Positions 9,588 through 18,467 are shown, numbered from the stretch's first letter. The stretch is 64,000 nucleotides of DNA from Verrucomicrobiota bacterium (GCA_042565725.1 JBHORK010000006.1:1374-65373); one strand, 5' to 3'. Program-made: numbers and translations. The notes: generated from the sequence alone by a model not told the origin.

Positions 9588-9960
9588 GGGGTATAGCTTC
9601 CCGCTTCGCAGAACAGGCAGTTGGTCACAATTTTATGGGGGTATAGCTCACCCCGACGTCTGCGCGCCGGGATGGCAAGCAGTTGGTAGAGACGAAGTTC
9701 CCGTACTTGTTTCGGGACGTCCCGATGTCTGCGCATCGGGAAGGCCAGGGGTCTAACATTATTGTCGAACTCCTGGTGTAACTTTAAAAATAAACTATGG
9801 GGGTATAGCTCACCCCGACGTCTGCGCGCCGGGATGGCAAGCAGTTGGTAGAGACGAAGTTCCCGTACTTGTTTCGGGACGTCCCGATGTCTGCGCATCG
9901 GGAAGGCCAGGGGTCTAACATTATTGTCGAACTCCTGGTGTAACTTTAAAAATAAACTAT
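9588..9960 (+). repeat. tRNA-Ala-like pseudo-units: one partial copy (9588-9636) plus two identical 162-bp tandem units (9637-9798, 9799-9960), in register with the true tRNA
   Basis: Each unit starts GGGGGTATAGCTCA, which equals tRNA positions 1-14, and also carries AGTTGGTAGAG and AGGCCAGG. These tRNA blocks are interrupted by hairpin inserts, and the acceptor 3' strand is lost. Confidence 0.85.
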
Positions 9961-10033
9961 GGGGGTATAGCTCAGTTGGTAGAGCGTCTGAATGGCATTC
10001 AGAAGGCCAGGAGTTCGAATCTCCTTACCTCCA
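9961..10033 (+). tRNA. tRNA-Ala (anticodon GGC)
   Basis: Hand-folded 73-nt cloverleaf: acceptor GGGGGTA/TACCTCC with the G3:U70 Ala identity pair, D arm GCTC-AGTTGGTA-GAGC, anticodon arm TCTGA-ATGGCAT-TCAGA, T arm AGGAG-TTCGAAT-CTCCT, discriminator A. No encoded CCA. Confidence 0.9.
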
Positions 10034-10053
10034 CTTCACGGAGTAACCCAAAC

Positions 10054-10323
10054 ATCCTGTATTATACATACATTCTTCAAAGCATATCAACAGGCAGATT
10101 TTATGTAGGTTCATGTAACCACCTGATCGAACGTTTCCATGAACACCAGAGCAATTACAGCAAAGCAACACGCGGTCGCGGGCCATGGTGGATGCCATAT
10201 TTTGAGACTTACCCTACCCGTTCGGACGCTCAAAAACGTGAGTATGAAATCAAGAGCAAGAAGAGCAGCCGCTATATACGAACTATTATCTGGAAAGCCT
10301 TTCCTCTATTAGAATTAATGTAG
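10054..10323 (+). CDS. Stand-alone GIY-YIG nuclease-domain protein (~89 aa), cassette copy 1; start codon uncertain
   Basis: YYTYILQSISTGRFYVGSCNHLIERFHEHQSN...RGPWWMPYFETY...AQKREYEIKSKK fits the GIY-YIG (YhbQ/Slx1-like) core. There is no ATG, GTG or TTG between the tRNA and the domain. The tracked TTG start at 9976 lies inside the tRNA. Confidence 0.65.
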   Translation: MLYYTYILQSISTGRFYVGSCNHLIERFHEHQSNYSKATRGRGPWWMPYFETYPTRSDAQKREYEIKSKKSSRYIRTIIWKAFPLLELM

Positions 10324-10399
10324 AGCGGTCCGATGCGAAGACATCGGACAGGCCAGGAGTTCGAATCTCCTTACCTCCACTTCACGGAGTAACCCAAAC

Positions 10400-10669
10400 A
10401 TCCTGTATTATACATACATTCTTCAAAGCATATCAACAGGCAGATTTTATGTAGGTTCATGTAACCACCTGATCGAACGTTTCCATGAACACCAGAGCAA
10501 TTACAGCAAAGCAACACGCGGTCGCGGGCCATGGTGGATGCCATATTTTGAGACTTACCCTACCCGTTCGGACGCTCAAAAACGTGAGTATGAAATCAAG
10601 AGCAAGAAGAGCAGCCGCTATATACGAACTATTATCTGGAAAACCTTTCCTCTATTAGAATTAATGTAG
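10400..10669 (+). CDS. Stand-alone GIY-YIG nuclease-domain protein, cassette copy 2 (A to T substitution near the C-terminus); start codon uncertain
   Basis: Lies 346 bp downstream of copy 1 and has the same reading frame relative to the unit. It is missing from the ORF track because it has no canonical start. Confidence 0.6.
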   Translation: MLYYTYILQSISTGRFYVGSCNHLIERFHEHQSNYSKATRGRGPWWMPYFETYPTRSDAQKREYEIKSKKSSRYIRTIIWKTFPLLELM

Positions 10670-10726
10670 AGCGGTCCGATGCGAAGACATCGGACAGGCC
10701 AGGAGTTCGAATCTCCTTACCTCCAC

Positions 10727-10782
10727 CAATTTGCCCGTAAGGGCAAATTGCCCTCCGTAGCCTTGTGCGGAGCAGGGCTTTT
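10727..10782 (+). terminator. Two consecutive hairpins after the ancestral tRNA 3' end, the second followed by TTTT
   Basis: CAATTTGCCC-GTAA-GGGCAAATTG (10727-10750), then GCCCTCCG...CGGAGCAGGGC followed by TTTT (10750-10782). Confidence 0.5.
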
Positions 10783-10906
10783 CCGGTATATACCGGGCAC
10801 ATCCGGGGCAACACTATTAACGGGGGCAACCCCAAAATCACGAACACATAATTCGCACCCTAAGTCTATAGTTCTCAAAACGCGCCACACTCTCTCTATT
10901 GTTGTC

Positions 10907-10935
10907 TTGAAATACTGCCTCTGTTCATATATAAT
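10907..10935 (+). promoter_or_regulatory. Sigma-70-type promoter upstream of the CotH gene
   Basis: TTGAAA (10907-10912), a 17-nt spacer, then TATAAT (10930-10935), about 100 nt upstream of the GTG start. Confidence 0.5.
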
Positions 10936-11035
10936 TTATTTTGTGTGTCAAGAGTTGTTAGCAGTTGGTTTCGGGCTATGTGAGTATAAGGGTAAAAATC
11001 AATTCTTATAACTCCTATCCTCTGAAAGGAGAATA

Positions 11036-14000
11036 GTGAAGAAGTCATTATTCATATTTCTTGCGCTGTCTGTTGTCTGCTGTATGTCTGCTGCCGCTGA
11101 TCTCTACATTTCTGAGTTTATGGCGGTCAATGATGTTACTCTCCAGGATGAAGATAGCGATTATCCGGATTGGATCGAGATCTATAATGATGGGCCGACA
11201 GCTGTGGATCTTTATGGATACGCGATAACAGACGACATAGCAGATCCGCGAAAGTGGATCTTCCCCGCCACTAATCTGGCATCGGAAGGCTACCTGGTGG
11301 TCTTCGCTTCAAACAAGGATCGTGACACCTCCGGTTCAGAGCTGCACGCCAATTTCAAGCTGACCGGCGCTGGTGAATACCTGGCGCTAGTGGATCCCTC
11401 TAATAACGTTTTGCATGCCTATGACCCAAATTATCCCGAACAGTCCGCGGATATTTCCTATGGTATAGATCCCACGAACAAGACTTCGTACTATTTCATG
11501 GATACCCCCACACCCGGTGCTTTAAATAATATGACATCTTTATCGGCGGGATCTGTCTTCTTCTCGCTTTCATCGCAAATGTTTACAACCAACACATTAC
11601 TCTTGAGTCTCAGCAACGAAACTGCGGGCGCAAATATTTACTACACAACGGACGGCAGCAGGCCTTCAGACACGAATGGCAACCCCTATACCTCCGCTTT
11701 AAGTATTACAGAATCCGTTTGTGTCAAAGCCGCTGCACAGCTTGACGGTCACCCCGCCGGTTCTGTTTCCAGTGAACATTTTATTCAATTTGCTCCGGAA
11801 ATGGCCGCATTTACCTCCGGCATCCCGATACTCGTTATAGAGAACTTCAATGCCGGACCCATTCCGCAGAAAGGAATTGATAGCGAATCGGACCCATTGA
11901 CTCAAGTACCAAGACAGCCAGCAACGTTAACCGTTTTCGAACAAGCGACCAATGGTGTTACAGAGCTATCCAATTCTCCAACATTGATGTCTCGCATGGG
12001 TATTCGAGTTCGCGGCAATTCTTCAACTGCATCGTACCGTGAGCACATGCCCTATTCCGTAGAGCTTTGGAATGCCGATGATGGCGAAAGGGATGAACGT
12101 CTTCTGGGTATGCCTGAAGAATCTGACTGGATTCTCTATTGGCCCTGGCACAACGGCGGCAACCCCATCCCCTCACAATCCGTCGACACAACGCTGATGT
12201 ACAATACGTTTATTTATGAGTTGAGTAACGAAATCGATCGCTATGCCGCTCGTACACGCCACGTGGAAATGTTCGTGAACACAAATGGCGGACCTGTTAC
12301 CGCCAGCGACTATGTGGGGATTTATGTTCTCATGGAGAAAGTCAAACGTGACAAGAATCGGATTGATTTCGATGCACTGTCCGACGATGGCACCACGGGT
12401 GGGTGGTTGCTGGGGATTGGAACAGAGGATCCAATTTCGGAATTCGGTGAGCTACCTCAGAATTTTCGCACGGCGGGTCCTGACCGTACTCTTGAAACTT
12501 CCGATGATATTCCTCCGACCAATGGTATATACCTGAATTTTGATTCACCGAGCGGGTACCTGATCAACACAAACCAACGCGCCAGTATTGAGGACTGGTT
12601 TGTCACATTTGAAGATGCTCTTTACGGAACGAATTATACCGATCCCGATGTTGGCTATGCAAAGTATCTCGATTCATCGAACTTCATTGACTATTTCCTA
12701 TTGCACGATCTTACGGGCAATTTTCCGGATGGCTTGTTTATTAGCATGTGGGTCTGGAAAGATTCGCCCACTGGTAAACTCAAGATGGGGCCCGTCTGGG
12801 ACTATGATTGGGCTTATGGCATGGGAGGCTATCCTCCTACCATGTATCTTCGAGGGAATGCTCATAATCTGTGGTATGGCCGTTTGTGGACAGACCCTGA
12901 TTTCTGGCAAGCTTATGTTGATCGTTGGCACGAACTACGGCAAGACCGCTTCTCTGACACTAATATGATGGCGATTATTGACCGCCAGACAGTTCAGATC
13001 ACAGAGGAGGCTGCTCTGCGCAACGGAACCACAAACTGGGTATCCGCTATTGCAGGCTGGAAATCATGGATCATAGGACGGGGCGTTGCTATAGATGGCC
13101 TCTTTGAAATCGCACCATCCATGACGCCTCAGAACGTCTTTGTGACACCGGGCGATCTGGTACAACTCTCCGCGCCATCAACACCTATCTATTATACGAC
13201 CAACGGTGAGGACCCTCGTTCTTCCGGCGGCGGTCTTTCTCCTCACGCCATTGCATATACTGAGCCCGGCATCACCATTACGGATGATACTCGCATAATA
13301 GCCCGTGTTTTGAATGCCGGAAACTGGAGCGCACCGACCGAGGGGGTCTTCTTGACCGGCACTCAAATAGTGGCTGTTTCGGAGATCATGTATCATGCGC
13401 GCCAACCTGTCGGTATAGAAACAAATGGCGGCTTTGGCCGATCTGATTTTGACTATATCGAAATCCAGAACACAAGCGCTGAAACTCAATCTCTTCTGGG
13501 TCTGTCTTTTTCTGATGGTATTACATTTGATTTCACAAGAGGGCGTGTGACAACGCTGCCGCCGCAAGCCTGCGCAGTGGTAGTCGAGAACTTCGATGCA
13601 TTCACCAATCGCTACCCGAATGTTCCCACCAATGCTATCGCCGGGATCTATGATGGGGATCTTGATGATAGTGGTGAGCGTATTCGACTGACCTCTCTCA
13701 TTAGCGGAGAGATGTCAGACTTTACTTATAATGATACATGGTCCTGGCCGCTGGCTGCGGATGGCGCCGGTCATTCGCTGATTCCTCTGATCGTGACCAA
13801 TCAGACCAACGGTTATCTCAATTATCACGGCGCCTGGCGCCAGAGCACATATCTGGATGGTTCGCCGGGAACAGCAGATCCTGCGCCGCTGCGCTCTGTG
13901 GTTTTGAATGAGATCATGGCGCATACGGACTATTCCGATGGCCCGGCGTGGCAGGATTCTGATGATTGGATTGAGCTGTATAACACGACCAACCATGATG

Positions 14001-15562
14001 TCTCACTCTCAGAATGGTATTTGAGCGATGATATGACCAATCTCCAACAATGGGCCATTCCCGCAACAGCCGTGATTACAGCCAGGCAATGGATGACGTT
14101 CTCAGAGGTGAACGATTTCCACACAAATCAATATGACGGGTTCGGAATCAATAAGGCTGGAGAACAGATCTTTCTCTCCCATTTCCCTGCGGGAACAAAT
14201 GCACGTGTTGTTGATGCCATTCGGTTCAAAGGTCAGGAAAACGACCGTTCTTATGGTCGATATCCAGACGGGGACATGACCTGGTCTGCCCTTATCCCGA
14301 CAAGAAATGCCATGAACCTGTTATTTGAAGATGCACTGCTGATTAAGGAGATTATGTATTACCCCGCTCCTACTGATGAATTCGATAGTGATCGTAAGTT
14401 CATTGAACTGTTGAATATTTCCGGCCAGGCAATTGATCTTTGGAATTCAACCGGTCCCTGGCGGCTGAATGGCGGCGTTGAATATGTCTTTCCATCCAAC
14501 ACCACATTAGCCGCAGGTGAACGATTGCTCGTGCTGCCTTTTGACCCCACGAACAGCATTGCCTTACAACTGTTTCTGGATACCTACCATTTCACAGATC
14601 TGGCCTGTACGGTCGCAGGACCCTACAATGGTGAACTCTCCAATCTTTCCGACCGCCTCACTGTCGAACGGCCGCTGGCTCCGGATATGCCCGGCGATTA
14701 TGCGTCATGGGTGGTAGTTGACGAGGTCATATACTTTGATCGCAGCCCCTGGCCGGACGGGGCAGACGGAACAGGCCGTTCGATTCGACGCATCAACAAC
14801 GGACATGGAAACACCGCCGCTAACTGGAGAACCACTCTTGTCCCGTCTCCCGGCATTCCGCAGCCGGCAGTGGCCATTACTGAACCTGCTTATGGTTTAG
14901 CGATAGAAAAAGGGGAGAACTTATCGGCAATCGCAGAGGTGGAACCGGATCTGGTTAATGGGGCTGTTCAGCAGATCACATTCTATGCCAATGACTCTGT
15001 TATTAGTGTTTCTACTGCAAGCCCTTATCTGGCTTCTCTTTCGTCGCTCAACTCAGGTGTTTATAACTATCAGTTAACAGCCGTGCTTCAGGATGACCTG
15101 CACGTTACCACCTCATTACCGGTTGTCGTTACTTATGGCTCCCTCACAAACAGCACACGTGACGCTGATGCTGACGGCCTTCCTGACTTCTGGGAAGAGT
15201 CATTCTTTCTTGGCACAAATGTTTCCGCCGGCACTAACGATTCGGATGGTGATGGGTTTGTGGATTATGGTGAATATATTGCAGGTACGGATCCCACGAA
15301 TCCTGCCAGTTATTTTGTCCTGGACCTGGGCCAAATAAACACAGAATACTACTTCCGGTTTAAGACCATTACAATCAATGGCATGGGATATGGTGACTAT
15401 CTGAGATACTATGATCTCTTCTCGTCGACAAATCTGCTGGATGGTTCATGGCAGACAGTTTCGAACTGGACAAATTTACCTGCACATGATGATTTCTATA
15501 CATTTACAAACAGAATGCTTCGGCCGGCTGAATTCTTCCGTGTACGAACACGATTGGAGTAA
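11036..15562 (+). CDS. Secreted CotH kinase-family protein with multiple lamin-tail (LTD) domains, Fn3-associated modules and C-terminal thrombospondin-type-3 Ca-binding repeats (1508 aa)
   Basis: Signal peptide present. LTD signatures (ISEFMA.ND...DWIELYN) recur about four times. CotH core: IRVRGNSS, YSVELW, LHDLTGNFPDG, GPVWDYDWAYG. Also IYYTTDGS/IYYTTNGEDP modules and DADADGLPD...NDSDGDGFVD repeats. Confidence 0.85.
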   Translation: MKKSLFIFLALSVVCCMSAAADLYISEFMAVNDVTLQDEDSDYPDWIEIYNDGPTAVDLYGYAITDDIADPRKWIFPATNLASEGYLVVFASNKDRDTSGSELHANFKLTGAGEYLALVDPSNNVLHAYDPNYPEQSADISYGIDPTNKTSYYFMDTPTPGALNNMTSLSAGSVFFSLSSQMFTTNTLLLSLSNETAGANIYYTTDGSRPSDTNGNPYTSALSITESVCVKAAAQLDGHPAGSVSSEHFIQFAPEMAAFTSGIPILVIENFNAGPIPQKGIDSESDPLTQVPRQPATLTVFEQATNGVTELSNSPTLMSRMGIRVRGNSSTASYREHMPYSVELWNADDGERDERLLGMPEESDWILYWPWHNGGNPIPSQSVDTTLMYNTFIYELSNEIDRYAARTRHVEMFVNTNGGPVTASDYVGIYVLMEKVKRDKNRIDFDALSDDGTTGGWLLGIGTEDPISEFGELPQNFRTAGPDRTLETSDDIPPTNGIYLNFDSPSGYLINTNQRASIEDWFVTFEDALYGTNYTDPDVGYAKYLDSSNFIDYFLLHDLTGNFPDGLFISMWVWKDSPTGKLKMGPVWDYDWAYGMGGYPPTMYLRGNAHNLWYGRLWTDPDFWQAYVDRWHELRQDRFSDTNMMAIIDRQTVQITEEAALRNGTTNWVSAIAGWKSWIIGRGVAIDGLFEIAPSMTPQNVFVTPGDLVQLSAPSTPIYYTTNGEDPRSSGGGLSPHAIAYTEPGITITDDTRIIARVLNAGNWSAPTEGVFLTGTQIVAVSEIMYHARQPVGIETNGGFGRSDFDYIEIQNTSAETQSLLGLSFSDGITFDFTRGRVTTLPPQACAVVVENFDAFTNRYPNVPTNAIAGIYDGDLDDSGERIRLTSLISGEMSDFTYNDTWSWPLAADGAGHSLIPLIVTNQTNGYLNYHGAWRQSTYLDGSPGTADPAPLRSVVLNEIMAHTDYSDGPAWQDSDDWIELYNTTNHDVSLSEWYLSDDMTNLQQWAIPATAVITARQWMTFSEVNDFHTNQYDGFGINKAGEQIFLSHFPAGTNARVVDAIRFKGQENDRSYGRYPDGDMTWSALIPTRNAMNLLFEDALLIKEIMYYPAPTDEFDSDRKFIELLNISGQAIDLWNSTGPWRLNGGVEYVFPSNTTLAAGERLLVLPFDPTNSIALQLFLDTYHFTDLACTVAGPYNGELSNLSDRLTVERPLAPDMPGDYASWVVVDEVIYFDRSPWPDGADGTGRSIRRINNGHGNTAANWRTTLVPSPGIPQPAVAITEPAYGLAIEKGENLSAIAEVEPDLVNGAVQQITFYANDSVISVSTASPYLASLSSLNSGVYNYQLTAVLQDDLHVTTSLPVVVTYGSLTNSTRDADADGLPDFWEESFFLGTNVSAGTNDSDGDGFVDYGEYIAGTDPTNPASYFVLDLGQINTEYYFRFKTITINGMGYGDYLRYYDLFSSTNLLDGSWQTVSNWTNLPAHDDFYTFTNRMLRPAEFFRVRTRLE

Positions 15563-15648
15563 ACGGCTTGCTTGTGTGACGGCCATGAGTGAGTTGATCT
15601 CTGATTGCCATACGAGTTTATCACAGACGATCCTGTATTGTTCGTGCA

Positions 15649-16494
15649 ATGTTCAGGAAAAATATGAAAACAAACACTTACAACAGAAACGTGCAGTCAA
15701 GTGCTTCCAGTTTGATACGGCATGAGGCCAAGTATGTGATCCCTCCTTCGCTTGTGCCGCAAATCAAGGAGTTCATAGAACCCTTCTGCACGCTCGACAG
15801 GCATTGCCATGGCGCACCTCCGGAATATATTGTTACAACATTACAACTGGATACTCCTGACCTTGCTCTGCATCATGCAAAAGAAAGAGAATCTCTGAAT
15901 CGTTTCAAGCTGCGCATACGAACATACGGGCTGGAACCCGTTGCGCCGGTCTTCCTTGAGATCAAACAGAAGCAGAACCATGTTACTAAAAAGTCACGCG
16001 CATCAATGGCTGCAGACAAATGGAGCGGAGACATTATCCTTGACCCAGGCAGCAATAATATCTCATTCAGAACCAGGGAAGAAGAGACATGTTATCTCGA
16101 TTTTGTCCGACTGGTTATGGAAACGGGAGCGCGTCCTGTTGTTCTCATTCGCTACAACAGAACATCATTCTTCGGGACTATAGACCACTATGCGCGAGTC
16201 ACATTCGATAGAAATCTGGTGTATCAGCCTACCCGCTCATGGGAGTTGTGGAACACAGAAAAGAACTGGTTTGCAATGGATTCTACGCTGACTCAAAACA
16301 AGATGTTTCCGTTTTCAGGAATAGTTCTCGAACTAAAATGTCTTTGCAATGCACCGCAATGGATGATAGATTTGACCGAGCGTTTTGGTCTCGAAAGAAC
16401 AGGACATTGCAAGTATTCTAATGCCTTATGGGAAGAGGCTCTATTCACCGGAACTCCAGATGTAAGGAGATACGGCAGCGAAATGTTTTACTAA
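15649..16494 (+). CDS. VTC-domain (CYTH-like, polyphosphate-polymerase-type) protein
   Basis: HEAKYVIP..., a RFKLRIRTYG...VFLEIKQK block and VLELK, as in PF09359-type proteins. Sits directly downstream of CotH. Confidence 0.7.
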   Translation: MFRKNMKTNTYNRNVQSSASSLIRHEAKYVIPPSLVPQIKEFIEPFCTLDRHCHGAPPEYIVTTLQLDTPDLALHHAKERESLNRFKLRIRTYGLEPVAPVFLEIKQKQNHVTKKSRASMAADKWSGDIILDPGSNNISFRTREEETCYLDFVRLVMETGARPVVLIRYNRTSFFGTIDHYARVTFDRNLVYQPTRSWELWNTEKNWFAMDSTLTQNKMFPFSGIVLELKCLCNAPQWMIDLTERFGLERTGHCKYSNALWEEALFTGTPDVRRYGSEMFY

Positions 16495-16509
16495 TACAGG
16501 GTGATTCAG

Positions 16510-17193
16510 ATGGAAGATATGCTAATGTCATTCGGGCCGACTCTGGCACTGGGATGGAAACAGATCCTATGCGCACTGCTCATGAGCTTCGTGCTAACCT
16601 CTGCACTGGCAATTGTTTATCGCTGGACCTTTCAAGGCTTGTCATATTCCAGGGGCTTTATGCACACACTTATTCTTGGAGGAATGATTGTAAGCATGAT
16701 GATCATGGCCATCGGCAATAACCTGGCAAGAGGGCTGGGTATCCTTGGGACACTGGCTATCATTCGCTTCCGAACACCTGTAAGGGATTCTCGTGACATG
16801 ATATTTCTCTTCGTATGCTTAGGAACAGGCATTGCATGCGGTGCCGGCGTTTATTCAGTGGCAATTATAGGCACAATAACAATTTCCGCAGCTGCGTTGT
16901 TTCTGCACTGGTCACCGTTTACATCAAGAAGGGAATACGAAGGGCTATTACGTTTCATCCTGCCTGTCAGTTCAACAAGCGAAGAAGATATCAAAACAGC
17001 CATGAAACACTGCTGTTCATCTTTTTACATGATCGGAATGCGAGAAGCCGCACAGGGCGATGCCATTGAACATTCATACCAGATACGATTAATAGACCCA
17101 TCATACCAGTCCGATTTGATCAAAAAGCTGAAAGAAATTAACGGGGTCAGCAGCCCGAATCTTTTGATGCACAGAACAACTGTTGAATTGTAA
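16510..17193 (+). CDS. DUF4956-family membrane protein
   Basis: 4-5 TM helices and GILGTLAIIRFRTPVRDSRDMIFLF..GTGIACGAG, which I recall as the DUF4956 core. An alternative GTG start exists at 16501. Confidence 0.7.
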   Translation: MEDMLMSFGPTLALGWKQILCALLMSFVLTSALAIVYRWTFQGLSYSRGFMHTLILGGMIVSMMIMAIGNNLARGLGILGTLAIIRFRTPVRDSRDMIFLFVCLGTGIACGAGVYSVAIIGTITISAAALFLHWSPFTSRREYEGLLRFILPVSSTSEEDIKTAMKHCCSSFYMIGMREAAQGDAIEHSYQIRLIDPSYQSDLIKKLKEINGVSSPNLLMHRTTVEL

Positions 17194-17212
17194 CTGTTAA
17201 TGGATTTTCCTG

Positions 17213-18415
17213 ATGAATGAGAAAAAATACAAGAAACCGCGAATGAAGTCCCATCGAGGTTTATGGCGGAAACGCGTTATTCGGAATTGGCCATTTTTTG
17301 TCTGGCTGTTAATCGTTAGCTTAGTCGCGCATCTCTATCTTACAAGCGATGAAACCGGAGGGATGATCGGAGTTGTTGAAACCATGGCGGAACCTGTTGC
17401 TGCGCTTACTACCGCGCGGCTTCTTTCAGTTGATGTCACTATTGGACAGAAGGTCAAGGCAGGTGATATTGTAGCCAAGATGGATACATCACTGCTGGAT
17501 GCACAACTTGCGACAGATGAAGCCCGCAGAATGGAGATAGAAAGCAACATTACCGGCTTCTCGCAAAACATGCTTCAAATGGTCCGCCAATTCGATAAGG
17601 CTATAAATGATGCCGAGGCCCAGCTCGAAAAATTGAAGTCCGCCCAGCAAAGCGATATAGCGCAACTCGAAGAATTGAAAAAGGAACAGATCCAAAGGGA
17701 AAGCCTGATCGCCAATAAACTTATAACAAGACAGGAGACAACCATTCTGCTTCCGCAAATCGCTGCTCTGGAGAAAACAGTGTTCGCTTACCTCGATCTT
17801 GTGAAACTACATGAAAAACACCTGAAAAAAGCCCAATTAGAGCGAAAAGATCTTCAGGATGCTTTGCAGGTAGATGAAGGAGAAGCAATCAACAAGGCCA
17901 TTCAGCGCAAAATGAAGGCTCGTCTTGAAATCCTTGAAATAGGTATGGAAAGAGAAAAAATAAAGCGTGACAGCTATATCCTGCGTGCTACACGTGACGG
18001 AATTGTCTCAAGAATCTTTCATGCACCAGGTGACGTAGTTAATGCTGGTGATCCCATATTGAGGCTTGTATCGGAAAAGTCCAATCATGTTGCCGGTTTT
18101 CTTCCGGAAAATTTTGTAGCTGAGTTCAAGTCGGGGCAAAAAGCCAATGTCTATCGTCAGAACAGGAAGGGAGGCCCCATAGAAGCCGTAGTCGAATCAG
18201 TGGCGCCAGAAGTCCAATCCCTGCCCGGACGGATCAGCCCCATTCGCGGCACACCAGTCCGAGGAAGAAGGGTTCTATTAACGCTTACATCTTCACATGA
18301 TTTTATTCCGGGGGAAACTGTTCTTATTCGGAAATATGCTGCAGGTAGCGGACTGAAGGATATCTTTTCCAAGGTAAAACCCGATGAATCACTTGTTTCT
18401 GTATCCAGAAAGTAA
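17213..18415 (+). CDS. HlyD-family membrane fusion (periplasmic adaptor) protein
   Basis: N-terminal TM helix, lipoyl-like VKAGDIVAKMD, a long coiled-coil and a C-terminal beta domain. Confidence 0.8.
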   Translation: MNEKKYKKPRMKSHRGLWRKRVIRNWPFFVWLLIVSLVAHLYLTSDETGGMIGVVETMAEPVAALTTARLLSVDVTIGQKVKAGDIVAKMDTSLLDAQLATDEARRMEIESNITGFSQNMLQMVRQFDKAINDAEAQLEKLKSAQQSDIAQLEELKKEQIQRESLIANKLITRQETTILLPQIAALEKTVFAYLDLVKLHEKHLKKAQLERKDLQDALQVDEGEAINKAIQRKMKARLEILEIGMEREKIKRDSYILRATRDGIVSRIFHAPGDVVNAGDPILRLVSEKSNHVAGFLPENFVAEFKSGQKANVYRQNRKGGPIEAVVESVAPEVQSLPGRISPIRGTPVRGRRVLLTLTSSHDFIPGETVLIRKYAAGSGLKDIFSKVKPDESLVSVSRK

Positions 18416-18467
18416 ACCTGATATCCAGCATTAAAATCCGGAAAGCATGTAAAATCATTGTAAATAT

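Larger units (their letters stand above)
10005..10726 (+). mobile_element. Tandem 346-bp GIY-YIG cassette (copies 10005-10350 and 10351-10696, plus partial copy 10697-10726) at the tRNA-Ala 3' end
   Basis: Exact 346-bp periodicity. I see one mismatch between copies (G10297 versus A10643). Each copy begins with the last 30 nt of the tRNA. Confidence 0.8.

Noticed and set aside
9554-9898. 114-aa minus-strand ORF with an internally duplicated sequence (MRRHRDVPKQVRELRLYQLLAIPARRRRGELYPH x2)
   Set aside because: It is simply the reverse-strand reading of the two identical 162-bp tRNA-like units. It is arginine-rich and low in complexity, has no RBS, and its periodicity equals the DNA repeat.
9961-10323. 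Group I intron with a GIY-YIG homing endonuclease inside the tRNA gene
   Set aside because: The tRNA is an uninterrupted 73-nt cloverleaf. The ORF lies after the discriminator base, not in the anticodon loop. The ~60 nt of non-ORF sequence per unit cannot hold a group I core.
9588-10726. Possible CRISPR array, given the regularly spaced repeats
   Set aside because: The repeats are 162 bp and 346 bp and are directly abutting, with no unique spacers. They have tRNA and ORF content, and there are no cas genes in the window.
10632-11011. ORFs 10632-10847 (minus) and 10679-11011 (plus) downstream of the tRNA locus
   Set aside because: They span the cassette remnant, the terminator hairpins and the CotH promoter. 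They have no RBS and low-complexity products, so I treat the region as non-coding.
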